From positions 1-19,723 of the forward strand of contig JBGQGY010000066.1 of NCBI GenBank assembly GCA_041497675.1: a stretch of DNA of 19,723 nt, read 5' to 3'. The notes below the pieces were generated by a model. The model ran no database searches, was not told the DNA's origin, and saw only the letters and a program-made list of their open reading frames with translations. Positions 7,552 through 15,845 of this stretch are shown one piece after another; positions within the stretch are counted from its first letter, which is position 1; every line of letters starts with the position of its first letter. Source of the DNA: a bacterium. GTDB taxonomy: Bacteria; Sysuimicrobiota; Sysuimicrobiia; Sysuimicrobiales; Humicultoraceae. Made by a program: the position numbers and the translations under genes.

Positions 7552-7836
7552 GTGGCCGAGTATCGCATCACGTACTGGAGAGATATCCCGTCACAGGTCG
7601 AGGCGTTCGCCGGTGCTGAGCGGGTGCGGCGCCTGCTGAGCAGCCGGTTCCAGGAGTTGATCGACGCCGCGGCGATGCGGCAAGGTCTGATTGGCACCGA
7701 TGCCTACCTGGAGGCGTGGCGGATGAGCCCTGTCCTCTCGATGCCCGGCACACCGAGCGAGGTCGCCGAGGCGCTTGCGGCAGGGCTCGAAGAGCAGTTC
7801 GCGGAAATACGGGACGGTGCCCTGAGCGGGCTCTGA
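7552..7836 (+). CDS. Small 'virulence factor' domain protein (Pfam Virulence_fact-like), function unknown
   Basis: YWRDIPSQV...RFQELIDAAAMRQG...DAYLEAWR signature; GTG start. Confidence 0.8.
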   Translation: MAEYRITYWRDIPSQVEAFAGAERVRRLLSSRFQELIDAAAMRQGLIGTDAYLEAWRMSPVLSMPGTPSEVAEALAAGLEEQFAEIRDGALSGL

Positions 7837-7860
7837 CAGCCAGGTGCACACTGTGGAGGG

Positions 7861-8682
7861 GTGGCCACGGTGGAGGTACACACCCGGTCCTCGGGTACGA
7901 TGCCCGAGATCTACGACCACCATCTCGGTCCCGTCCTCTTCGGGCCGTACGCCGCTGACCTGACGCGCCGTGTGACCATCCTTCCAGACGGTCCGGTCTT
8001 GGAGACCGCCTGCGGGACCGGCATCCTCACGCAGCGACTGCGCGCTCACCTCCCCGCGCGCACGCCCCTCGTCGCCAGCGACCTGAGCGACTCGATGCTC
8101 GAGTACGCTCGCGCAAAGCACGGCGAGATCGGTCACGTCGAGTGGGAGCAGGCGGACGCCGGCGCCCTGCCGTTTCCCACAGCCTCGTTTGCGGCCGTGG
8201 CCTGTCAGTTCGGTTTGATGTTCGTCCCAGACAAGAAGGCCGCGATTCATGAATGCCGTCGGGTTCTCGTTGACGGTGGATTGGTCGCCCTCAGTGTCTG
8301 GGACAGTTTCGCGCACAACCCTTTTGCCCGCGTGGCGGACGAAACCATCGCCGGTTTCTTCCCGACGGATCCTCCGCGCTTTTACGAGGAAGGCCCCTTT
8401 GGGTTCCATAATCCCAAGGTTCTGCGCGATCTACTTGACGCCAGCGGCTTTGGTCATGTGTGGATCGAGCGCGTCACCCTCGAGGCCCTCAGCCCCTCGG
8501 CGGAATCGTTTGCGGTAGGGCTCGTCCATTGCAATCCTGCAATCAAAGCACTAGAGGACCGTGGGGGCTCGCCCAACCCAATCGTCGCGGCTGTCGCTGA
8601 GGCGCTCGCGCGCCTGGGCGGTGAGCGTCCGTTTCGGTCGACGATGCAGGCTATCGTCGCGACGGGTCGCGCCGGCGCCTAG
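7861..8682 (+). CDS. Class I SAM-dependent methyltransferase (UbiE/Methyltransf_11-like)
   Basis: VLETACGTG motif I, SDLS..ML, ADAGALPF, CQFGLMFVPD, RVLVDGG. Alternative start GTG 7870 has better RBS spacing. Confidence 0.9.
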   Translation: MATVEVHTRSSGTMPEIYDHHLGPVLFGPYAADLTRRVTILPDGPVLETACGTGILTQRLRAHLPARTPLVASDLSDSMLEYARAKHGEIGHVEWEQADAGALPFPTASFAAVACQFGLMFVPDKKAAIHECRRVLVDGGLVALSVWDSFAHNPFARVADETIAGFFPTDPPRFYEEGPFGFHNPKVLRDLLDASGFGHVWIERVTLEALSPSAESFAVGLVHCNPAIKALEDRGGSPNPIVAAVAEALARLGGERPFRSTMQAIVATGRAGA

Positions 8683-9107
8683 AAATCCACCTCATCGAAC
8701 CACTCGCCGGCCAGCAGGTGCCGCTCGATCGCCCGGCGCACGAACGGAATTGTGCCGCTGGGGAGTGCGTCGACCGCACACCACCGGACGTCATCGCATT
8801 CACCGCGAGGGTACGCTTCGCCGGTCCACCGTCTCGTTCTCAAGAAGAAGTCCACGCCCTCACCACTCGCTGATCTGAAGTGCGCCACGCCGATCACATC
8901 CAGATCCCCGAAATCGATCTCCACCCCAATTTCCTCTCGACACTCGCGCGCGGCCGTCTGTGTGACCGACTCACCACCTTCGAGCCGGCCGCCGGCGAGA
9001 CCATAGTGTCCGTCCTCAAACCCGGTGCCGTGGCGTCTCACCAGGAGGACCTCGTTGGACCGCAGCAGGACGGTATGAACCGCGACGATCTGCCCGGACC
9101 CAGTCAT
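8679..9107 (-). CDS. NUDIX hydrolase
   Basis: Nudix box GGRLEGGESVTQTAARECREEIG; ATG 9107 overlaps the kinase stop (ATGA). Confidence 0.92.
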   Translation of the reverse strand: MTGSGQIVAVHTVLLRSNEVLLVRRHGTGFEDGHYGLAGGRLEGGESVTQTAARECREEIGVEIDFGDLDVIGVAHFRSASGEGVDFFLRTRRWTGEAYPRGECDDVRWCAVDALPSGTIPFVRRAIERHLLAGEWFDEVDF

Positions 9108-9994
9108 CTCGACTCCGCCAGCCACGCTGGGACGCGGGGGTCCCGCACCTGCGCCTCATACCGATCAAAATGCTTCCGCCCGTATCCCACAAAATCGTAG
9201 TCCAGATGCGAGACCGTCACCTGCACCATCGCCCACATCGCCTCGCGCAGGTCTGAGATGATCTTCATGAGCTTGAGACGCGCGACCGCCGTGGGCGTCA
9301 CGTGTCCAAAGTACGCGTGCAGCAGCACGGCCTCTTCCTCATCCGTGAGCAGATGATGCACGGCGAAGTTGCCGAGATCGAAGAACAGATCCCCCATCGC
9401 CGCGTACTCCCAATCGATGATCCACACGCGGTCTCCGTCGGCGATGAAGTTCGCGCGCAGCAGGTCATTGTGACAGGGCCGCGGCGGATCCGGTGGACCC
9501 AGCGCGGCGTCCAGACGGTTCGCCTGCGCCAGCATCCAGTCAAACCGTTCCGGCAGGGGCGCGCCGCGCGGCGCGGACCAGGCCAGGTAGTCGCGGACCG
9601 TCTGAAACGGGGAGAAGGTTCCGGGAAACGCCGGGCCCGTATGGTAGCGGCGCACCGCCTCCGCCACGCGGCGCAACATCGACGGCTGGTGCATCTCATC
9701 GGCGGGGACCGCTGTGCCGGGGATGAACCGCGTCACAAGAATGCCGGTGTCCTTGAAAAACGCCACAGCCTCGGGTGCCACGCCCGCCTGATGGGCGGCC
9801 GCATGACAGGCATGCTCGCGCGGTCGGTCGATGCCGAGGCGCCCGCTGTCATCCCCCGGGATGCGGACGACGTAGATCTGATCGCCAACACTCACTCTAT
9901 AGTTGACGTTGGTGATACCGCCGGGCAACGCCTCGACGACAAGGTCCTGACGGGATGCCCATCCCATGCGGGTGATGACATCGTCAAGCATCAT
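9104..9994 (-). CDS. Choline/ethanolamine kinase-family phosphotransferase (LicA/APH-like)
   Basis: LPGGITNVNYRV, LGIDRPRE, Brenner motif CHNDLLRANF, choline-kinase motif IIDWEYAAMGD..FDL. Confidence 0.9.
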   Translation of the reverse strand: MMLDDVITRMGWASRQDLVVEALPGGITNVNYRVSVGDQIYVVRIPGDDSGRLGIDRPREHACHAAAHQAGVAPEAVAFFKDTGILVTRFIPGTAVPADEMHQPSMLRRVAEAVRRYHTGPAFPGTFSPFQTVRDYLAWSAPRGAPLPERFDWMLAQANRLDAALGPPDPPRPCHNDLLRANFIADGDRVWIIDWEYAAMGDLFFDLGNFAVHHLLTDEEEAVLLHAYFGHVTPTAVARLKLMKIISDLREAMWAMVQVTVSHLDYDFVGYGRKHFDRYEAQVRDPRVPAWLAESR

Positions 9995-11060
9995 CTAGCT
10001 TCAGGACCCGCGGACTCTCGGCCGCGAAGCGGCACGCGACCCGCGCACCGATCGGAAACGCACCCGCGCGCGTGCTCTGGACATCCGCTGCCAGGTCGGC
10101 GCCGGAGTCCGCCGCGATCTTTATCCGCGTAATGGCGCCCAGGAAGGAATGGGAGGTGACCTGGCCCGCGAGCGTGCCCCCAGGCGCCTCACCAGGTAGC
10201 AGGGCCGTCACCTCGACCGACTCGGGCCGCACCAGCACCAGCACCTTCTGCCCCCGGGGCAACCCGTGTACCGCGGTCACCTTGAGCTGCAGGCCGCGGC
10301 AGTCCACGACGGACTCGCCACCGTCCACGACCTCTCCGCTCAGGCGGTTCATCGTACCAACGAACTCTGCCACGAAGGGCGTCGCCGGCGAGCCATAAAT
10401 CTCGGGGGCCGTCCCGAGTTGCTCGATCCGACCGGCGGACATCACGGCGATCCGATCGGAGATTGAGAGCGCTTCCTCCTGATCGTGCGTGACGTAAAGG
10501 GCCGTGATGCCCAGGTTCGTTTGAATGCGACGGATCTCTTCGCGCAACTGCACGCGGACGCGGGCGTCGAGCGCCGAGAGTGGCTCGTCCAGGAGCAGCA
10601 CTCGTGGCTCGATGGCGAGGGCCCGGGCGAGGGCGACGCGCTGCTGCTGCCCGCCCGACAGTTGATGCGGATACCGAGTGCGCGCCCGAGCCAGCCCGAT
10701 GAGGTCGAAGAGTCGCCCGACGCGCCGCTTCTGCTCATCCTGAGGGACCTTGCGCAACCGCAATCCGAACGTCACATTCTCTTCGGCGGTCATGTTGGGA
10801 AACAGGCTATACGCCTGGAACACCATGCCCATGTTGCGCCGGCTGGCCGAGAGATGGGTGATGTCTCGGTCCTGGAGCAACACGGTGCCGGCGTCGGGAT
10901 GCTCAAACCCGGCCACGATTCGCAACGCCGTCGTCTTCCCACACCCGCTCGGACCGAGTAGCGTGAGGAACTCGCCGGCGCCGACTGCCAGATCGAACTG
11001 CTCCAGCGCCACAACATCGCTGAAGTTCTTCCGCAGTCCGCGCAGTTCCAGGTAGGCCAT
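9984..11060 (-). CDS. ABC transporter ATP-binding protein (PotA/AfuC-like, TOBE C-terminus)
   Basis: Walker A GPSGCGKTT, Q-loop VFQAYSLFP, LSGGQQQR, LLLDEP, VTHDQEEA; ATG at 11060. Confidence 0.96.
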   Translation of the reverse strand: MAYLELRGLRKNFSDVVALEQFDLAVGAGEFLTLLGPSGCGKTTALRIVAGFEHPDAGTVLLQDRDITHLSASRRNMGMVFQAYSLFPNMTAEENVTFGLRLRKVPQDEQKRRVGRLFDLIGLARARTRYPHQLSGGQQQRVALARALAIEPRVLLLDEPLSALDARVRVQLREEIRRIQTNLGITALYVTHDQEEALSISDRIAVMSAGRIEQLGTAPEIYGSPATPFVAEFVGTMNRLSGEVVDGGESVVDCRGLQLKVTAVHGLPRGQKVLVLVRPESVEVTALLPGEAPGGTLAGQVTSHSFLGAITRIKIAADSGADLAADVQSTRAGAFPIGARVACRFAAESPRVLKLDDA

Positions 11061-11062
11061 CT

Positions 11063-11854
11063 CTATCTCGCCCCGGCCGCGTGCCCGGCTGCGCCCCGTC
11101 CGAAGACCTGAATGAGACCCATACACGCCCACGTCAGCGCAAAACTGATGATGGCAAGCGCCGACGGCTCATAGGCGCGATTTGCGCCGATGAGCTGCAG
11201 ATAGGGCCCGAACGCCGGTCGATCCAAGAGGCTCGCCATCGTGAACTCGCCGATGACGATGGCGAAGGTCAGAAACGCGCCGCTCAACACTCCCACGCGC
11301 ACGTTGGGAAGGATCACGCGGAACAAGATCGTCGACCACCCGGCGCCCAGGCTCTGCGCGGCCTGCGTGAGCGTGCGGACGTCAATGGCGCGCAAGGCCG
11401 TGTCGACCGAACGGTACACGTACGGCAAGGCCAACGTGACATAGCTGAACATCAGCAGCACGTCCGTGGCCCGCTCGCTGCCCGTCAACGGCAAGATCGA
11501 GGAACTGTTGTAGATCCGCAGGTATCCGAACACCAGCACGATGGCGGGGATCACCAACGGCAGCAGCGTGATGAATTCCACGACCGGCCGCAACCGAGGC
11601 AGGCGCAACTGGATCCAGTAGGCGGTCGGCACCACCAGGACGATACCCATGACAATCGTGGCGAGCGCCAGCACGATGGAATAGGTGATCGTCGCGCCGA
11701 ATTGCGGATCCGCGAGAACGATCCGATACGCTTCCAGGCTGTACCTCCCGCGAACGTACCGGAGCGAAAACTCAAACGTCGCCGCCAGCGGGACGAGGAA
11801 ATACAGCGCGCCGAGCAGCATTGCGAGCCACGATCCGAGGCGACTGCCTTTCAT
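11063..11854 (-). CDS. ABC transporter permease (PotC-like)
   Basis: Hydrophobic segments, EAA-like loop LTQAAQSLGA, GEF motif; ATG 11854 overlaps the upstream stop (ATGA). Confidence 0.94.
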   Translation of the reverse strand: MKGSRLGSWLAMLLGALYFLVPLAATFEFSLRYVRGRYSLEAYRIVLADPQFGATITYSIVLALATIVMGIVLVVPTAYWIQLRLPRLRPVVEFITLLPLVIPAIVLVFGYLRIYNSSSILPLTGSERATDVLLMFSYVTLALPYVYRSVDTALRAIDVRTLTQAAQSLGAGWSTILFRVILPNVRVGVLSGAFLTFAIVIGEFTMASLLDRPAFGPYLQLIGANRAYEPSALAIISFALTWACMGLIQVFGRGAAGHAAGAR

Positions 11855-12753
11855 CGCAACCACCTCTCGCTACGTCCGCGCAGCCAAATGTACGCTGCGT
11901 TCGATAGACCGGTGGTGACAATCATCCCTAACGCCAGCGCGTAACCGAGGTTCGGATTGTGTAGCACGTCCCCGCGAATCTGCGCATACAGGACGAGGGT
12001 GACGATGTTCAGCGAACTGCCGGTGAGCGCGTAGGCGGTCGCCACGGCGCCGAAGGCATTCGCGAACAGGAGCAATGTCGATCCAAGCAGGGGCGGCCAC
12101 AGGATAGGCATGGCGATGTACCGCCAGTACTCCCAGGTGCTTGCGCCGAGATTGGTCGCCGCTTCGCGCCATTCTCGTTTGAGCCCATCGATCGCCGGCG
12201 CGAGAATCAGCACCATCAATGGGATCTGAAAATACATGTACGTGAGCGTCAGGCCCGCGAAACTCAAGAGATTGAACCCTGCGTCGTAGATGTTGAATCC
12301 GAAGACGTTGATGAGCAGAGCCGTCACGAGCCCGGTTCGTCCGAGCGTCGCGAGGAAGGCAAAAGCCAGGGGTACGCCCGCGAAGTTGGAGGCGACGCCC
12401 GAAAAGGTCATGAGCGTCGGCCGCACCCAGGCGGGCAGGCCACCCGTCATCGCGGCATAGGCCAGGGCGAAGCCGACGAGTGCGCCGCCGAGCGCCGATG
12501 CCGCGCTGACTTTGATGCTGATCAGATAGGAGCTCAGGATGGTGGGGCTAAACAGGTCCCGGATGTTGGCCAGGGTGAGATGGCCTTGGGCGTCTTGCAG
12601 GCCGCCAACGACGAGCAGACCGGTAGGCAAGATCAAGAACATCAGGGCAAAGACAAAAAAGGGCATAACGCCCACCCACGCCCATGACACCCGACTGACT
12701 GGTGCCGACGGGGCAGGAGGGGGGGCGATTGTCAGGGGTCTTGCCTGTGCCAC
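11851..12753 (-). CDS. ABC transporter permease (PotB-like)
   Basis: Hydrophobic segments, YFQIPLM and EAA motif WREAATNLGA; GTG 12753 with GAAGG upstream (ORF can extend to 12774). Confidence 0.94.
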   Translation of the reverse strand: MAQARPLTIAPPPAPSAPVSRVSWAWVGVMPFFVFALMFLILPTGLLVVGGLQDAQGHLTLANIRDLFSPTILSSYLISIKVSAASALGGALVGFALAYAAMTGGLPAWVRPTLMTFSGVASNFAGVPLAFAFLATLGRTGLVTALLINVFGFNIYDAGFNLLSFAGLTLTYMYFQIPLMVLILAPAIDGLKREWREAATNLGASTWEYWRYIAMPILWPPLLGSTLLLFANAFGAVATAYALTGSSLNIVTLVLYAQIRGDVLHNPNLGYALALGMIVTTGLSNAAYIWLRGRSERWLR

Positions 12754-12771
12754 ATAGACCTTCTGCGCCCC

Positions 12772-12804
12772 CACCCCTCCCCCGGATTCACCGGGAGAGG
12801 GGTG
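12772..12804 (-). repeat. Intercistronic GC-rich stem-loop (REP-like / mRNA-stabilising hairpin) downstream of the solute-binding protein gene
   Basis: mRNA strand CACCCCUCUCCCGG-UGAAU-CCGGGGGAGGGGUG: 14-bp stem with one G:U pair; no U-tract. Confidence 0.75.
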
Positions 12805-12820
12805 CGCGGCACGTTGGGGG

Positions 12821-13927
12821 TTACTTCACATTCGCCCCGACAACGGTGTCCCACTGCTTCGTGATGGTTTGCTTCACTGGGCCCTGCTGCGCGAGCGTCG
12901 GGAAGAGCGCCTTGGCATAGGCATCCGCAGGCGGGAGCTTTGCCAGCATGTCGGCCGACACCTTGTTGTTCTTCACCATGTTCTGGAAGCGAATCGGGTG
13001 GCAGTACGCCTTGAGCAAGCCCAGCTGCCCGGCGTCCGAGTAGAGGTGCTCCATCCACAGCTTCGCCGCGTTCGGGTGAGGGGCGTACGCGCTGATCGCC
13101 TGGACGTACACGCCCGCCACGACGCCGGTCTTGGGCACGACGACGGCGACCTTGGGGTTACCCTTCAGCGTGTCGCGATCGGCCAGCGCGTTGTAGTCCC
13201 AGCGAATGATGATCGGCGTAGCGCCTTGGGCGAGCGACGCCACTTTGCCGATGACGGGTACGAAATTTCCGCGCTTGTTCAGATCCGCAAAGAACTTCAG
13301 ACCCGCATCCGCCGCTCCGGCCACATTCCCCTTCGAGACCGATAGACCCGCCGCGAACACGCCCTGAATCGCCTGATTCGACGTGCGGGGATCGCCGGCT
13401 AGGGCCACCGAATTCTTGTAGTCCGGCTTGAGCAAGTCTGCCCAGTCGGCCGGTTGGGTCTTGACGGTGTCGGCGTTGATCTCAAAGGTCAGGACGCCAT
13501 AGTAATCGCCGTACCAATACCCGTCCGCGTCCTTCGCGTCGTTTGGCATCGTGCTCCAGGTGGCAACCTTGTAAGGCTGGAGCAACCCGTCCTTCCTCGC
13601 CGATGGGCCAAAGGACAGACCGACGTCGATGACGTCCGGCGCCTGAGGCCCCTTGTTGCCCTTGTTGGCCTTGATGGCCTCGATCTCATCACCCGAGCCG
13701 GCGTCCGGATTCAACTCGTTCACTTTCAAGCCGTACTTCTGCTTGAAACTGTCGATGATTGCGCCATAACCGCACCAGTCGCGCGCCAGCGCGATCACGG
13801 AGAGCTGGCCTTCCGCCTTCGCGGCGGCCACGAGTTTGTCCATGGCCATTTGCCCGGTCGCGACCGGGACAATCGCCAGGATGACCATCGTGGCGATCGC
13901 CAACACGCGTGTCGATGTGAGCTTCAT
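12821..13927 (-). CDS. ABC transporter solute-binding protein (PotD/AfuA/ThiB-like class II SBP)
   Basis: ATG 13927 with GGGAGG RBS; Sec signal MKLTSTRVLAIATMVILAIVPVATG with no lipobox Cys; PDVIDVG, WADLLKPDYK, APHPNAAKLW motifs. Confidence 0.93.
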   Translation of the reverse strand: MKLTSTRVLAIATMVILAIVPVATGQMAMDKLVAAAKAEGQLSVIALARDWCGYGAIIDSFKQKYGLKVNELNPDAGSGDEIEAIKANKGNKGPQAPDVIDVGLSFGPSARKDGLLQPYKVATWSTMPNDAKDADGYWYGDYYGVLTFEINADTVKTQPADWADLLKPDYKNSVALAGDPRTSNQAIQGVFAAGLSVSKGNVAGAADAGLKFFADLNKRGNFVPVIGKVASLAQGATPIIIRWDYNALADRDTLKGNPKVAVVVPKTGVVAGVYVQAISAYAPHPNAAKLWMEHLYSDAGQLGLLKAYCHPIRFQNMVKNNKVSADMLAKLPPADAYAKALFPTLAQQGPVKQTITKQWDTVVGANVK

Positions 13928-14040
13928 GCCTCGCCTCCCTTGAAAATGAGGATGCCCAAAGAGTACCGTATCGGGGCTGCCAATTCCTTGTGCCACGCGC
14001 TCAAGGACTACGGCGGTGCCGTCACCAACTCCCCTACACG

Positions 14041-14949
14041 ATGCGGACCACCGTCGAAGAGGCCATCAGGCACATCCCATCCTGGGGAAATGCATCTTCG
14101 GTTGTCATCTCCCCACTGCCCGGAGGCCTGACAAATTTCAACTACCGTGTGGATGTAGGCGGCGAGGCATTCCACCTGCGGATCTGGGCCGAACGAACCA
14201 GCCTGCTCGGCATCGACCGGATGCGGGAGCACCGGTGCGCTGTGACGGCCAGCCGGTGCGGTGTCGCTCCGGAAGTGGTCCACTTCTTGCCGGATGCCGG
14301 CATTATGGTGACCAGATTCGTCTCGGGCCGATCGCTGCCGCCGGGCACCGCGGTGTCCCCCGATACGCTGGCGCGGGTCGTGCGATCGATGCGACGATAT
14401 CATGATGGCGCCGCCTTCGAAGGGACATTCTCACCGTTTGACACCCTCGAAGGGTATCTGCGAACGGCGCGCCGCCGCCGCGCGCCGCTCCCGCACAACA
14501 TCGACGAGCTCTACGCGCAGGTGCGCGATATCGAGGCGGCCGTCCAGACCGGGCGCGCGAGCCTACGCCCGTGTCACAACGACCTTTGGGGCCCCAACGT
14601 GATCGACGACGGGACAGAGGTGCGTTTTGTCGACTGGGAGTACGCGGGCATGGGCGACGTGTGTTTCGATCTCGCCAATTTTGCGATGAACCACTCGACG
14701 GCGGACGCTCATGACCACGCGCTGCTCGAAGCCTACTTTGGCGGGGTTCCGCCCCACATGGCGGCGAGGCTGAAGCTGCTCAAGATCGTCGCCGAGCTTC
14801 GAGACGCGATGTGGTACCTGGTGGCGCTCAGTGTGCCGATCGATACGGCGGGGTTCGTCCAGCGCGCGGGGATCCACTTCGAGCGCTGCCGGCACGCGCT
14901 GGCCGACCCACGCGTGCCGGGCTGGCTGGACCAGGCCGCCCGCGGATAG
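14041..14949 (+). CDS. Second choline/ethanolamine kinase-family phosphotransferase
   Basis: LPGGLTNFNYRV, LGIDRMRE, CHNDLWGPNV, VDWEYAGMGD..FDL; ATG 14041 chosen by alignment with the paralogue. Confidence 0.9.
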   Translation: MRTTVEEAIRHIPSWGNASSVVISPLPGGLTNFNYRVDVGGEAFHLRIWAERTSLLGIDRMREHRCAVTASRCGVAPEVVHFLPDAGIMVTRFVSGRSLPPGTAVSPDTLARVVRSMRRYHDGAAFEGTFSPFDTLEGYLRTARRRRAPLPHNIDELYAQVRDIEAAVQTGRASLRPCHNDLWGPNVIDDGTEVRFVDWEYAGMGDVCFDLANFAMNHSTADAHDHALLEAYFGGVPPHMAARLKLLKIVAELRDAMWYLVALSVPIDTAGFVQRAGIHFERCRHALADPRVPGWLDQAARG

Positions 14950-15781
14950 ACGGAACGACCTGGCACTCGAGCCAGTTCCGCAGTTCGCGGCACCGGACGC
15001 TCTCATCCAGCACGTCGTCGTCCATGCCCAGGGCCCACCGCAGGTCCTTGCGACCCGGGGCGCGCGCGAGTGAGTCGATCTGATCGATGGACGCGAGCGC
15101 CGCGGTACCGTCCGCAAAGAACCCCTCACGGACCAACGCGTCGACGCGCGACGCCATCAGCCGCGCCACGTGATAGAGATCGAACTCGGGATGGTACTGC
15201 GTCCCCCAGAACACTCCATTCTTGTGTGTGATCTCCAACGCCTGGACCTCTGAGTGCTCGTTTGCGGCGAGCACGGCCGCGCCCGCCGGAAGCCGTGTCA
15301 CCTCATCGAGGTGCGAGGCGAATACGTCAAAAACATCGGGCTTCCCGTCATACATCGGATGCCGGCGGCCGGCCGGGGTCAGACGCACCTTGCGACCGAT
15401 GCCGATCTCGCGCCCGCGGCCGCTCTTGCCCACCTCGCCCCCGGCCGCCATGACCGCGATTTGGGCGCCCCAGCAGCTGCCAAACGTCGGCCGGCCGGTT
15501 TCAAACAGGTGGCGGGCGAACTCGATCTGACGTGTCACGCGCGGATCGTCTTCATAGGCGGTCAGATTGGAGCCGGTCCACACAAACCCGTCGAACCCGT
15601 CAATCCACCGCCGGTCGGGCACGGGTGCGTCCAGATCGGCCAGATACAAGGTCTCGAAGACCATGTGAGGCGCCAGTCGGCCGAACACCCTGACAAACAA
15701 CTCATCGGCCCCACAAGCTCCGGCCTGCGCGAGAACGTCGCGCGTCGCACGTGGATATCCGTTGATAATGCACAGCCGCAT
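14828..15781 (-). CDS. Class I glutamine amidotransferase-like hydrolase
   Basis: ATG 15781 (MRLCIING); WTGS, nucleophile elbow GSCWGAQ, SHLDEV, QYHPE (Cys-His-Glu triad). The last ~38 codons run antisense into the kinase gene. Confidence 0.9.
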   Translation of the reverse strand: MRLCIINGYPRATRDVLAQAGACGADELFVRVFGRLAPHMVFETLYLADLDAPVPDRRWIDGFDGFVWTGSNLTAYEDDPRVTRQIEFARHLFETGRPTFGSCWGAQIAVMAAGGEVGKSGRGREIGIGRKVRLTPAGRRHPMYDGKPDVFDVFASHLDEVTRLPAGAAVLAANEHSEVQALEITHKNGVFWGTQYHPEFDLYHVARLMASRVDALVREGFFADGTAALASIDQIDSLARAPGRKDLRWALGMDDDVLDESVRCRELRNWLECQVVPSIRGRPGPASPARVGRPARAGSARSGSPRAGRTPPYRSAH

Positions 15782-15845
15782 AGGCAGAGGGGGTTCGGGA
15801 GGATGCAGGGAAATCCTGTGCATCAGCCTTGCTGGAGGACGCTTC

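Noticed and set aside
13979..13995. Minus-strand TGGCAC...TTGGC as a sigma54 promoter
   Set aside because: The GG-to-GC spacing is 2 nt too long for the strict -24/-12 geometry.
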